Translations under genes and position numbers: made by a program | Shown: positions 11,701-19,780 of the stretch, piece after piece | Position numbering within the stretch: position 1 is the first letter of the stretch | How the letters are laid out: each line of letters opens with the position of its first letter | The notes under the pieces: model-generated | Told to the model about the DNA's origin: nothing | Seen by the model: only the letters and a program-made list of their open reading frames with translations | Databases searched by the model: none | NCBI GenBank assembly: GCA_003507445.1 | Contig: DNVR01000010.1 | Span: 1-47,389 of the forward strand | Length of the DNA stretch: 47,389 nucleotides | Origin: Candidatus Moraniibacteriota bacterium | Lineage (GTDB): Bacteria; Patescibacteriota; Minisyncoccia; Moranbacterales; GWC2-37-73 | Direction of reading: 5' to 3'

Positions 11701-12600
11701 TGCGCCGAGCAGGAGTTCGCTTCATATGAAAACAAAGAAACTCCAAAATGTATCCTTTCTTTCGAACCCAAACCGACACTTCCTGAAATTCTGATGCTTG
11801 GCCAGGCGAGACCAAAAGTTGCAATACTTCGAGCACATGGAACCAACAGTGATCGTGAGATGGCTGCAGCGTTCCACCTGGCTGGGTTTGCAACTCAAGA
11901 TGTGAACATGTTTGATTTGAAATCTGGGGCAGTGACGCTAGATGGATTTCACGGGCTAGCACCTTCTGGAGGTTTTGCAGACGCAGATGTTTTTGGCAGT
12001 GCCAAGGGCTGGGCAGCTTCAGTACTGTTTGATGAAAAGTTGCTGGAAATGTTTGAAAAATTCCGTAATTCTCCGAACAGGTTTTCCTTCTGGGAATGTA
12101 ATGGCTGCCAGTTCGGAACTTTGCTGAACTGGATTCTTGGAGATGTCTTTCAGGAAGATTATCAGCCACGCATGGTGCATAACATCTCCGGCAGATTTGA
12201 ACATCGCTGGCCGATGGTTGAAATTCAAAAAAGTCCCTCGGTAATGCTTTCTGGTATGGAGTGCTCCAGGCTTGTAGTTCCTTCCGCACATGGTGAAGGT
12301 AGATTTTATTTTCCAAACCAGGAAGTTCTCAATTATGTTTTGGAGAACAATCTTGCTCCTGTGCGCTATATTGATCCTGCTGGAAATCCAACGGAGCACT
12401 ATCCTTATAATCCGAATGGATCTCCAAATGGCATTGCTGCACTTTGTTCGCCTGATGGCAGACATCTTGTCATGATGCCACATCCAACTAGGGCATTCTT
12501 GCTGAAACAATGTAGATCCTGGATGCCTGAAGACTGGAAGAAAAACTTGCAGGCCTCTCCATGGCTGCAAATGTTTCAGAATGCTCGTAAGTATGTTTAA
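8764..12600 (+). CDS. purL: Phosphoribosylformylglycinamidine synthase, large single-chain type
   Basis: SEHCRH, AETHNYP, VQRGDPEMQ, HDQGAGG, GGKDSL, glutaminase ECNGCQ, YPYNPNGS; 1278 aa; SD GGAGGT. Confidence 0.95.
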   Translation: MGMMHLYYRQSEAMELHFNIQTSEIIEGENLEKLLWLIKQPGSQYQPKFETALSGEIVEIGPLMHFETTFSSKAVNICREAGLDCVSRVEYFTRYMLPAGTDRKDFVAKNCDRMIEGVYDNLLETFETGILPEPTQIIALLESGRVPLEEISKKMGLGFNLSKLDFLYDYYVNYEKRNPTDVELFAAAQALSEHCRHGFFGAQLYIDHEGERKKMAETLFQIIKSIRAANPGNSNRAFCDNASSIDGYEVRVLESAFPYKSAEMIERTHLVHVTNTAETHNYPSSISAFAGAITGIVGMLRDDDAEGCGSQGLFCYGGYFVAALHMLGYHIAGELDLQLAARLETPLNILIKGSNGVVDGANKYGQPVTCGVCRSVDILLPDGERRAYLKPILYVGGVGTIKDIHLEKDEPKIGMKIVQIGGPAFRIGKGGGARSSVLSTSAEDHALDFDGVQRGDPEMQNGVHRVTRACTEMNKDNPIAVVHDQGAGGPGNVLLEIVGQSGGRIDIRNIRVADKTMSVLEIIGCEYQERMAYLIYPERFEMFKRICLREGVHCEDLGEITGDGRIVFFDEDEGTTPVNLNLEKFMIDLPQEEYELVRVDHRLKPLEIPEDLTVEQAFEMVCQQLSVCSKGFLVHKGDQSVGGLVAQQQCCGPMQIPVSDVAVSAISYLENCGAAEGLGEAPLTILISPEAGARMIIAEALLNIFAAQVTSVHDITYRANWMAAAKLPGEGVVIHDAIVSLRDLSIFFKIKPDGGKDSLTMAEMIENVFVKAPATLILSAYCTVDDVKKVVTPDIKRPGKSVLILLDPAKGKCRLGGSALAQALGGQIGDECPDVDNSELFLNTLFAILELHEKDLMLAYHDRVGDGGLIVTLAEMAMAKNCGMLVTLEKRKDRSAIETLFNQEAGVVIECAIEQVAEISGVLNFYGVPHGIIASTWENPRMTICEGDEIIFNKSIGAMRQTWERTSYEIEKLQMPNPECAEQEFASYENKETPKCILSFEPKPTLPEILMLGQARPKVAILRAHGTNSDREMAAAFHLAGFATQDVNMFDLKSGAVTLDGFHGLAPSGGFADADVFGSAKGWAASVLFDEKLLEMFEKFRNSPNRFSFWECNGCQFGTLLNWILGDVFQEDYQPRMVHNISGRFEHRWPMVEIQKSPSVMLSGMECSRLVVPSAHGEGRFYFPNQEVLNYVLENNLAPVRYIDPAGNPTEHYPYNPNGSPNGIAALCSPDGRHLVMMPHPTRAFLLKQCRSWMPEDWKKNLQASPWLQMFQNARKYV

Positions 12601-12633
12601 CAGATAAGGCCAACGCGCCATCTAATGTAATTT

Positions 12634-12668
12634 GCCCCTCTCGTCAAAAGCGAGTAGGGGCTTTTTTT
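12634..12668 (+). terminator. Intrinsic terminator after purL
   Basis: GCCCCTCTCG...CGAGTAGGGGC + T7. Confidence 0.8.
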
Positions 12669-12786
12669 ATATGCCTTTTTTGACATATTTGCCACAAAAT
12701 GCGAAAATCAGTAGTAGGGGAGAAAGGTTTTAAAAATAGGATAGATTCTCTCTGATTTTTTTAAAATTTTTGCGCAAATTCATTAT

Positions 12787-13569
12787 ATGTTTTTTCATTT
12801 TCATATCTTTTTGTATAGTTTGGTCTTCTTCTTTATTTTGGAATTCATTGCTGGCGACGTAATCAGTTCTAGACTCGCTGATGTTTCTGGCACTGGTGGT
12901 GGTATTTGGCTTGCAGTTCTCGCTTTTTTGCTATTGTTTGTATACTTTTATCAAATTACCAAGCGTGTTTCTCAGCGAATCAGCATGACGCCAATTCCGC
13001 TGCTGCTTGTTGTTTCAACACTTGGTCTTTTGTATTTTGTGCAATCCATCAAGCAAGAACAATTGCTTATTTTGCTCAGTGCTTTTGCATATTATTTTTT
13101 GCATATCGCATTGTATCGCTTGCGCAGCTACGAAAAAGATCAAACCGCCAGGGGAATAATCGCTGCAGGAAGCGTGGCGACAATCTTTCTTTTTAATGCA
13201 ACGGCATATGGAATATATTTAAACTTTGCAATTTCACTTTGGATTTTAATGACAATGCTTATGGCTATAACCGTTTTGGTAAGCTTTCAATATTTCTGGC
13301 TTATTAATGATAATAAAAAAAATGTGCTTAACTATAGCCTTGTTTTGGGCTTTGTGATGGCTGAAATTGTTTGGGTTTTGAATTTTTGGCCTTTTGGATA
13401 CTTGACAACAGGCGTTATTAGTCTTATTTTCTACTATGTGTTCTGGGACCTTGTTCAATGTCATTTTTTAAACACACTCTCAAAAAAACGCGTTATCACA
13501 AATATGTTTTTCTTTGGAGTGTTGATGGCATTGGTTCTTTCCAGCACACGTTGGCTGCCTGTCTTGTAA
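12787..13569 (+). CDS. Multi-pass membrane protein of unknown function
   Basis: About 9 hydrophobic segments; E..WVLNFWP motif. Confidence 0.8.
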   Translation: MFFHFHIFLYSLVFFFILEFIAGDVISSRLADVSGTGGGIWLAVLAFLLLFVYFYQITKRVSQRISMTPIPLLLVVSTLGLLYFVQSIKQEQLLILLSAFAYYFLHIALYRLRSYEKDQTARGIIAAGSVATIFLFNATAYGIYLNFAISLWILMTMLMAITVLVSFQYFWLINDNKKNVLNYSLVLGFVMAEIVWVLNFWPFGYLTTGVISLIFYYVFWDLVQCHFLNTLSKKRVITNMFFFGVLMALVLSSTRWLPVL

Positions 13570-13608
13570 AAATGTTTAAATTTTTTAATAAAAGCTAGAA
13601 TATATATA

Positions 13609-14778
13609 ATGAGTAAAAAATCAGATATAGTAAAAAGTGTTGCAAAAATAAGCGCGGTGTTGTTTATAATTTTTAGTGTTGGTGGAATTGGTGGTGTGTA
13701 TTTTGATCAGCAAGTACTGCCTTTTATTCGTACAAATAAATATTTATCTGGCATAAATTTTCTTAAACATTCTGCTGAGAATGTCACAGTTATAAACAAA
13801 ACAGAACAAGTGACAATCAAGGAAGATGACTCTATTAATGAAGTTGCATCGCAGGCCTCAAACGCTGTGGTTAACATTATCTCACTTGGCTCTCAAAAAG
13901 ATGTAATAACAAAACTAACAACAAACACTGATCAAAGCGGAACAGGAATTATTGTTACCAGCGATGGCTTGATTGCAACTTATCGATCTGCAATCATTGA
14001 AAAAAATGCTGCTTACAAAGTGCTTCTTTTTAACGGTGCCAATTATGACGCTAAATTGTTGGGAATTGATGAATTTTCTGACTTGGCATTTCTTAAGATT
14101 GAAGCTTCGAATTTGACAGCGATTTCTTTTGGCGATTCAAGCAAGGTTTATCCGGGAAAAAAATTAGTAGCAATCGGAAATTCTTTCGGCGAATATCAAA
14201 ATCGTTATGCTTCTGGTTTGCTTAGTAATCTCGCCAAGACTTATAACTTGGCAGGAAAAACAGTTTCTTCCTCTGAAAAGCTCGAGGGTGTTCTTGAAAG
14301 CGATTTCAACAATCAAAAAGGATATATTGGTGGACCTGTTATTGGTTATAGTGGCGACTTGGTTGGAATCAGCGGCGCTATTGTTGTTGATGGGCAAAAT
14401 CAATATTTTCAAATTCCTTCTAACATAGCTCAAAAGGCTTTGAGCTTGGCACTTTCCGGTGAACTTGAAAAACGTCCATTTTTGGGAGCGTATTATGTTT
14501 CGATCACGAAAGAATATGCCATCGCGCATAATTTGAATCGTGATCGTGGAGCGCTCATCTTTTCTCCTTCAGGCAAACAAGGTCTTGCAATAATTGCACT
14601 TTCTCCAGCTGAAAAAGCAGGGCTAAGAATCAATGACATTGTTTTGGCCGTGAATGATCAGAGTATTAATTTGGACAACCCACTTTCAAACTTGGTTAAT
14701 CAATATAAAAAAGGGGACAAAATAGAATTACTTGTTGAACGTGACAGCAAGGAAATAAAAATTTCCGTGGAATTGTAA
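13609..14778 (+). CDS. HtrA-like trypsin+PDZ protein with degenerate catalytic residues
   Basis: Colinear with the 3209 HtrA, but TNRHV->TYRSA and GNSGGP->GYIGGP. Confidence 0.85.
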   Translation: MSKKSDIVKSVAKISAVLFIIFSVGGIGGVYFDQQVLPFIRTNKYLSGINFLKHSAENVTVINKTEQVTIKEDDSINEVASQASNAVVNIISLGSQKDVITKLTTNTDQSGTGIIVTSDGLIATYRSAIIEKNAAYKVLLFNGANYDAKLLGIDEFSDLAFLKIEASNLTAISFGDSSKVYPGKKLVAIGNSFGEYQNRYASGLLSNLAKTYNLAGKTVSSSEKLEGVLESDFNNQKGYIGGPVIGYSGDLVGISGAIVVDGQNQYFQIPSNIAQKALSLALSGELEKRPFLGAYYVSITKEYAIAHNLNRDRGALIFSPSGKQGLAIIALSPAEKAGLRINDIVLAVNDQSINLDNPLSNLVNQYKKGDKIELLVERDSKEIKISVEL

Positions 14779-14802
14779 GTATACAATCATTACAAACAAA
14801 CC

Positions 14803-14831
14803 AAAAAGGAAGGATAAAACCTTCTTTTTTT
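14803..14831 (+). terminator. Probable terminator
   Basis: AAAAAGGAAGG...CCTTCTTTTTTT. Confidence 0.55.
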
Positions 14832-14864
14832 GTGTCTTTTCAATAGAAAGTGTATGATTAGTAT

Positions 14865-15155
14865 ATGGATAAAGCACTTGCAAGCGTGTTAATATTTTTT
14901 CTGGCAGTGAATGTGCTGGCGTTTTTGATTATGTTTTTGGATAAACGCAAATCAAAAAAAGCTTCAGCAGAAAGAATTTCAGAAGGAATGCTATTTTTCA
15001 TAGCAACGGCTTTTGGCAGTGTCGGGGTGTATGCTGGGATGTTTGTTTTTCATCACAAAACTCAAAAGTGGTATTTCTTGCTTGGAATCCCGCTGCTTAT
15101 TCTCCAAAATGCTGCGCTGCTATATTTTATAAAAGAAAATATTGGTGCATTTTGA
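14865..15155 (+). CDS. DUF1294 family small membrane protein
   Basis: DKRKSK...RISE..L...FGSVG..AGMFVFHHKTQK. Confidence 0.85.
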   Translation: MDKALASVLIFFLAVNVLAFLIMFLDKRKSKKASAERISEGMLFFIATAFGSVGVYAGMFVFHHKTQKWYFLLGIPLLILQNAALLYFIKENIGAF

Positions 15156-15200
15156 TTGTATGATAAAGTATGATGCTTATTTCTTCTGAAATTAGCCCTA

Positions 15201-15229
15201 TTGACAGAAAATTGAATTTATGCTAGGCT
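15201..15229 (+). promoter_or_regulatory. Sigma70-type promoter
   Basis: TTGACA-17nt-TAGGCT with TGn extension. Confidence 0.65.
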
Positions 15230-15276
15230 AATAAGTCCCAGTAAATAAGTTATTAATTAATCAAATTTATAAACGT

Positions 15277-15927
15277 ATGATGAAAAAAATTGCAGTACTA
15301 GCAATAGTACTAAGCGCAACTGTGTTTGCGGTTAATTTGGTATCAGCTGACATTACTATCAAAAATAGTAACAGTTTCAGTGGAACTCAAACTGTTACTG
15401 CTAATCCAACAGCTACAGCATCTGTTTCTGATGTTAGCGCTTCAGCAACCGGCGGTAGTGCATATGCTACTGGTGGAAACGCTATTGTTTTAAACAGTGG
15501 AAATTCAAGCGGATATGTTAGCGCCTCTACTGGTGGTGCTGGCACGAATGGAACAACAGGAACTATAATTGCAGCAAGTGGAACAACAGGTGGAACAACA
15601 GCTGCAACTGGCGGAACTTCATCTTCAACAGGTGGAACATCAACTGCAAATGCAGGAACAAGTACTGCAACTGCCTCTGGTAATACCTCTGTTAGCCAAA
15701 GTGGAGAATTTGATTCAGATTCAAAAATAGTTATAGATAAAGATGGAAGTTATACAAAAAAAGATAAACACGGACGATCTCATCGCTATGATAAAAATGG
15801 TAGAGAAATTGCCTTCAAAAAATTGCCAGCGAGTGGAAGTGGAACAGTTGGCTTAATTGCAATCGCGATTCTTTCATTGTTTGCTACCGCATTTGGTGTA
15901 AAAAAATATGCAACTCAAATAAGATAA
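15277..15927 (+). CDS. Secreted Gly/Thr/Ser/Ala-rich surface protein with an LPXTG-like sorting signal
   Basis: Signal peptide; C-terminal LPASG + hydrophobic helix + KK; next to a sortase gene. Confidence 0.8.
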   Translation: MMKKIAVLAIVLSATVFAVNLVSADITIKNSNSFSGTQTVTANPTATASVSDVSASATGGSAYATGGNAIVLNSGNSSGYVSASTGGAGTNGTTGTIIAASGTTGGTTAATGGTSSSTGGTSTANAGTSTATASGNTSVSQSGEFDSDSKIVIDKDGSYTKKDKHGRSHRYDKNGREIAFKKLPASGSGTVGLIAIAILSLFATAFGVKKYATQIR

Positions 15928-16018
15928 TTTTCGAGCAGTTTGCGTGTAGACACTTGATGTGAATATAAGCATCAAGTGTCCATCACTTAAATTGAATGAA
16001 CGTCATAAAAATATTTCG

Positions 16019-16876
16019 ATGTTTAATATATCTGACAAAACAAAATTTCAATTAAAAAAGGTTGCTGCGTTAAGCATCCTTTTTTTGGCATTGTTTGCAT
16101 TGGGATTTTATGTGGTAAACCTGCTTGATTTTAGACCTGTTGTGAAAACAACGCCGAAACCAGTGCCTGTTATTGATTTACAAAAAGATGAAAATCTAAT
16201 AAAAAGAACAGGAACTGATGGAATCAATCTGGAAGAATTTGCAGCTTGGGCAAAAGCAAACAATATTGTTAGCAAGGATGTGTATGACAATGATTCTGAC
16301 GGCGATGGATTGCTTAACTATCAAGAATATATTCACGGAACAAATCCTAATAATATTGACAGTGACGGCGACAAATTTTCTGACAAGCAAGAAATTGTTA
16401 ATGGATATGATCCCGACGCCCCTGGAGATGCCAAACCTTTGGTATATGTAAAGATTGAAAAAATAGGAGTTGATGCTCCAATGATTTGGTCACAAAGCGA
16501 AGATGCAAAAAAAGCTCTCAAAGATTTGGAAAGCGGTCTTTCTCATTTTCCAAAATCAGCAGCTCCAGGAGAAAAAGGCAATGTGATAATCTCAGGACAT
16601 TCTAGCAACTATGTCTGGGCCAAAGGTGATTTCAATTATATCTTTAAAAACCTTAATGATTTGGAAGTGGGGGATATTGTTAATATAAAAACCATTCAAC
16701 AAAACGGTAAGATTATTTTTTACAAATATAAGATAAGTGAAAAATTTGTTACTGCTCCCGATGATGAAAAAATATTCGCCAATCCTGATGCTCCAGTGCT
16801 GACCCTGTCTACTTGTTGGCCACTTGGCACAAACTTCAAAAGACTCATTGTTAAGGCTGAACTTATTAAATCATAG
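16019..16876 (+). CDS. Sortase with N-terminal TM and DxDGDG (thrombospondin type-3-like) repeats
   Basis: GNVIISGHSS, LTLSTCWP...KRLIV (His-Cys-Arg); DSDGDGL...GTNPNNIDSDGD. Confidence 0.9.
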   Translation: MFNISDKTKFQLKKVAALSILFLALFALGFYVVNLLDFRPVVKTTPKPVPVIDLQKDENLIKRTGTDGINLEEFAAWAKANNIVSKDVYDNDSDGDGLLNYQEYIHGTNPNNIDSDGDKFSDKQEIVNGYDPDAPGDAKPLVYVKIEKIGVDAPMIWSQSEDAKKALKDLESGLSHFPKSAAPGEKGNVIISGHSSNYVWAKGDFNYIFKNLNDLEVGDIVNIKTIQQNGKIIFYKYKISEKFVTAPDDEKIFANPDAPVLTLSTCWPLGTNFKRLIVKAELIKS

Positions 16877-16885
16877 AACATATAG

Positions 16886-16928
16886 CCCCAGTTAAATATT
16901 TTGGAGTACCAAAATTTAACGGGGTAAG
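16886..16928. mobile_element. Palindromic element, family A, inserted in a CATATAG heptamer array
   Basis: CCCCAGTTAAATATTTTGG-AGTA-CCAAAATTTAACGGGGTAAG; removal restores (CATATAG)3. Confidence 0.75.
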
Positions 16929-16939
16929 CATATAGCATA

Positions 16940-16975
16940 TAGCAAAAATCCGCTTACTTGAGCGGGTTTTTGCTA
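16940..16975 (+). terminator. Terminator after the sortase gene
   Basis: TAGCAAAAATCCGC...GCGGGTTTTTGCTA. Confidence 0.75.
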
Positions 16976-17001
16976 TCTAAAAAAATTATGCACTTTTAGA
17001 C

Positions 17002-17030
17002 TTGACAAGAGTGCTATTTTCTGCTAGACT
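17002..17030 (+). promoter_or_regulatory. Sigma70-type promoter
   Basis: TTGACA-17nt-TAGACT with TGn extension. Confidence 0.7.
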
Positions 17031-17201
17031 GTATAGTTCTAGAAAAAGCATCTATTTTTGAATCGGAACTCATCTCATTAGGGAAGTATTCCAGAAATGA
17101 GGTCCGTTAAATAATAAATGTCAGTTGTTTTGACAAGTTAATAGGATTTTTATATCGCAATTTCGCGAAACTCACACTTTTATGGAAAAAAGGAGAAGAG
17201 A

Positions 17202-18686
17202 ATGAAAACTTCAAGAATGATGTTTCTGGCAATGATGTTGGTTGTGCTCACCGCGGGCGTCGCGGTTGCCGCTGATGATGTCATTATTGACAACAGCAAT
17301 GGCTTTACTGGATCACAAGCTGTCACTGCTAATCCCAATGCTACAGCAACAGTAACAGGTGTTACTGCAACTGCTGGTGGCGGAACAGGTATTGGCACTG
17401 GCGGAACTGCTATTATAGATAGCAGCGGCAATTCCCGTAATGATGTTAAAGTCAATGTTGATACGGCTGGCGGTGAAGGTGGAAAAGGTGGTGACGCCAG
17501 TATGAAAGATTCTGGCAATGGCACTGGTACTGCGGTAGTTAATGACAGACTGCAGTTTCCAGGTACACCGGGATTTAATGGCTACATTACTCCAGGTGTA
17601 ACGGTTGATGGTACGCAATGGGATATCTTTTGTCCCAAGATTTACCGGAAACTTTCCTTCAAGAACCAGGTTGATGAGATGGCCTTTGGGTTTCATTTCT
17701 CAGACCTCTGGTTCACAAATTGGGGTGGAAGAGTTCAATTTACTCCAATGGGACCAAGTCTCCCTAAAAGCGAGGGAGACATGATGATGTGCACCAATTA
17801 TTGGCCACTTGATGATGCTAATGACGACGACGTTGTTGTCGGCAGAGGCGAAGTGGTTGGCAAGGAAAACTGGTCGGTCGAAGCGTTTGTCGCTGAGGCC
17901 TACAAATCTTGCCGGATAGAAAAAAATTCCAACAGGGTTGCAATCTTGGTTTCGCAGGACAAAAACCAAGTAACATCTTCGCAGTCACTCAACCTGAGTG
18001 CCTCGATTGTGAATGTTGCCGGTAGCAATACTGGCGTAGGCGGTGCTACAGGATTTGGAATTGGTAAGAGCACTACACGCTTGGACAAGGTTGATAAGAT
18101 AAAGTATGCCTGTCTCAATGATGGGCATGCTAACATCATTAAAACCTATGCCACATATCAACCTCCCGCATCTCAGCCGCCTCCTGCACCTCCGGTTTTA
18201 CAACCGGAGCCTGCACCACAACCTTCTGTATGTGACCAGTCAATATATCTCAAGCTTATTGCGGATATTGATGCTAAGCTTTTCGACTGCAAACCTTACA
18301 GCCACAATAATCTGGATCTGCAGCTGAAGGCTATGAAAGCTAATATCAGCGAGTGGGTGTGTGGAGGCAAGCGAGAAGTGAAATATCTCAATGATGCAAT
18401 CCAGCACGGCTATATGGCCGAACTGAATTACATCAAAGGCCGCGACATTTCCAAGTTCGGCGATTCTGAGAAGCTAATAAGCGACGTCGATTATTATCTG
18501 GCTAGTGCATTTTTTGCTAGGGATGGTTCGACAGCTGGTTATTGGAAAGTACCTGAAAAGGTACGGCACGTAAACAAAAAGACTGGGAAGTATGAGTGGA
18601 GACCAGTTACAAAAGACGAAGGGAATAAAATGCTGAATCTTCGTCACAACATGGAGAATTACTCCACGGACCTGGTTCTTAACTGA
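17202..18686 (+). CDS. Secreted multidomain protein of unknown function; N-terminal domain paralogous to the 15277 protein
   Basis: Signal peptide, SD AAGGAG, Gly-rich N-terminus, Pro-rich linker, Cys-containing C-terminal domain. Confidence 0.85.
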   Translation: MKTSRMMFLAMMLVVLTAGVAVAADDVIIDNSNGFTGSQAVTANPNATATVTGVTATAGGGTGIGTGGTAIIDSSGNSRNDVKVNVDTAGGEGGKGGDASMKDSGNGTGTAVVNDRLQFPGTPGFNGYITPGVTVDGTQWDIFCPKIYRKLSFKNQVDEMAFGFHFSDLWFTNWGGRVQFTPMGPSLPKSEGDMMMCTNYWPLDDANDDDVVVGRGEVVGKENWSVEAFVAEAYKSCRIEKNSNRVAILVSQDKNQVTSSQSLNLSASIVNVAGSNTGVGGATGFGIGKSTTRLDKVDKIKYACLNDGHANIIKTYATYQPPASQPPPAPPVLQPEPAPQPSVCDQSIYLKLIADIDAKLFDCKPYSHNNLDLQLKAMKANISEWVCGGKREVKYLNDAIQHGYMAELNYIKGRDISKFGDSEKLISDVDYYLASAFFARDGSTAGYWKVPEKVRHVNKKTGKYEWRPVTKDEGNKMLNLRHNMENYSTDLVLN

Positions 18687-18692
18687 TAACTC

Positions 18693-18722
18693 GGCGGGCT
18701 TCTCGATAAAAAGAAGCCCGCC
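18693..18722. terminator. GC-rich intergenic hairpin (stabiliser or weak terminator)
   Basis: GGCGGGCTTCT-8nt-AGAAGCCCGCC; no T-tract on +. Confidence 0.5.
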
Positions 18723-18756
18723 TACAAAATATTTCCTCAAATGAAAGGGGTTTTCC

Positions 18757-19713
18757 ATGAAAAAGATATTCTCTATAGTTATGTTTCTTGTTTTAAGCAT
18801 ATCAGCGATTTCTTATGCTGATCTTGGTTCAAACAACGATGCAAAGCTTAACCCGCCACAGAATCCTGTTCCCTCAACCGGCATCGACCAGCGAGTTATA
18901 AATCAGCTCGTGAATGAAGCCAGGGAGATAAAAAAAGAGGCAAAGAAAATGGCTGATGAAAGCAAGGCAGCCAAGCTGGCACATGATGATGCAGTCAATA
19001 ATTACGCTACCGCATTAAGGGACAGCGTGGAAACAGACAGAAGCTTACTTGGAGAAGTGAAAAGCTCCAATGGTAAAATTGATGCCTCCCGCGAGGATAA
19101 TGCCAAGATTATTCCATATGTCTCTGGCGAATTCCACAAAGCTGGTGAGCAGGTTGAAAATAGCTTACTAGCAGTTGGCTTGGGCCTCGCAGCCCTGATC
19201 ATTGTTGCAGTACTCGTGATACTGGCCCGCACAAAGGGTCAGGTTCGCGAGGCAGTTGAGCCGGCCGTGAACCGCCTTAATACAGTGACTGAAGAAGTAA
19301 AAACTGAAGTTACAAGTGTTAATGCTACAATCGGCAGCGCCAAAGATGAAATCCTTGCGGCGATTCAATCTTCCAAAGAGGAAATCATTAAAGTGGTACC
19401 GGCCGAAACTGCTAGTATCAACGAACTGCAGAGACCGTTCGTCCTAAAGGATATTCATGGAAAAAACTATCAAATCAACCCGGTCATAATCGACGGTAAG
19501 GTTCGCACATTGAAACTCGTCAAAGATTTCGATGAAGATGATTATGATAGTCCGTCAGAATATCCGCGGACTCCCGCAAAATCTCTCAGGCATCTTACGG
19601 CGACAAATGCTCAGATGCTTAACATATACTTTGATCCCAGCCTGAAATGCTCTGCTTTACTAAAAGCGGTCATAGACAACGCCATAGCTATTGGCGAGGT
19701 TGTGGAAGTATAA
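18757..19713 (+). CDS. Hypothetical protein: signal peptide, helical ectodomain, TM helix, cytoplasmic coiled coil
   Basis: 318-aa ORF; hydrophobic LLAVGLGLAALIIVAVLVILA; purine-rich RBS. Confidence 0.8.
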   Translation: MKKIFSIVMFLVLSISAISYADLGSNNDAKLNPPQNPVPSTGIDQRVINQLVNEAREIKKEAKKMADESKAAKLAHDDAVNNYATALRDSVETDRSLLGEVKSSNGKIDASREDNAKIIPYVSGEFHKAGEQVENSLLAVGLGLAALIIVAVLVILARTKGQVREAVEPAVNRLNTVTEEVKTEVTSVNATIGSAKDEILAAIQSSKEEIIKVVPAETASINELQRPFVLKDIHGKNYQINPVIIDGKVRTLKLVKDFDEDDYDSPSEYPRTPAKSLRHLTATNAQMLNIYFDPSLKCSALLKAVIDNAIAIGEVVEV

Positions 19714-19722
19714 AAACATATC

Positions 19723-19755
19723 GGGAGCCTGGAATTTTAACAAATCCAGGCTCCC
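19723..19755. terminator. Hairpin after the 18757 gene
   Basis: GGGAGCCTGGA-11nt-TCCAGGCTCCC; no T-tract. Confidence 0.5.
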
Positions 19756-19780
19756 ACAACTCGTTTTGTTGTATATATGA

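Noticed and set aside
5151..12621. Long antisense ORFs within clpB, purM and purL (e.g. 5151-5627, 7797-8480, 11618-12316, 12019-12621)
   Set aside because: Shadows of well-supported genes on the opposite strand
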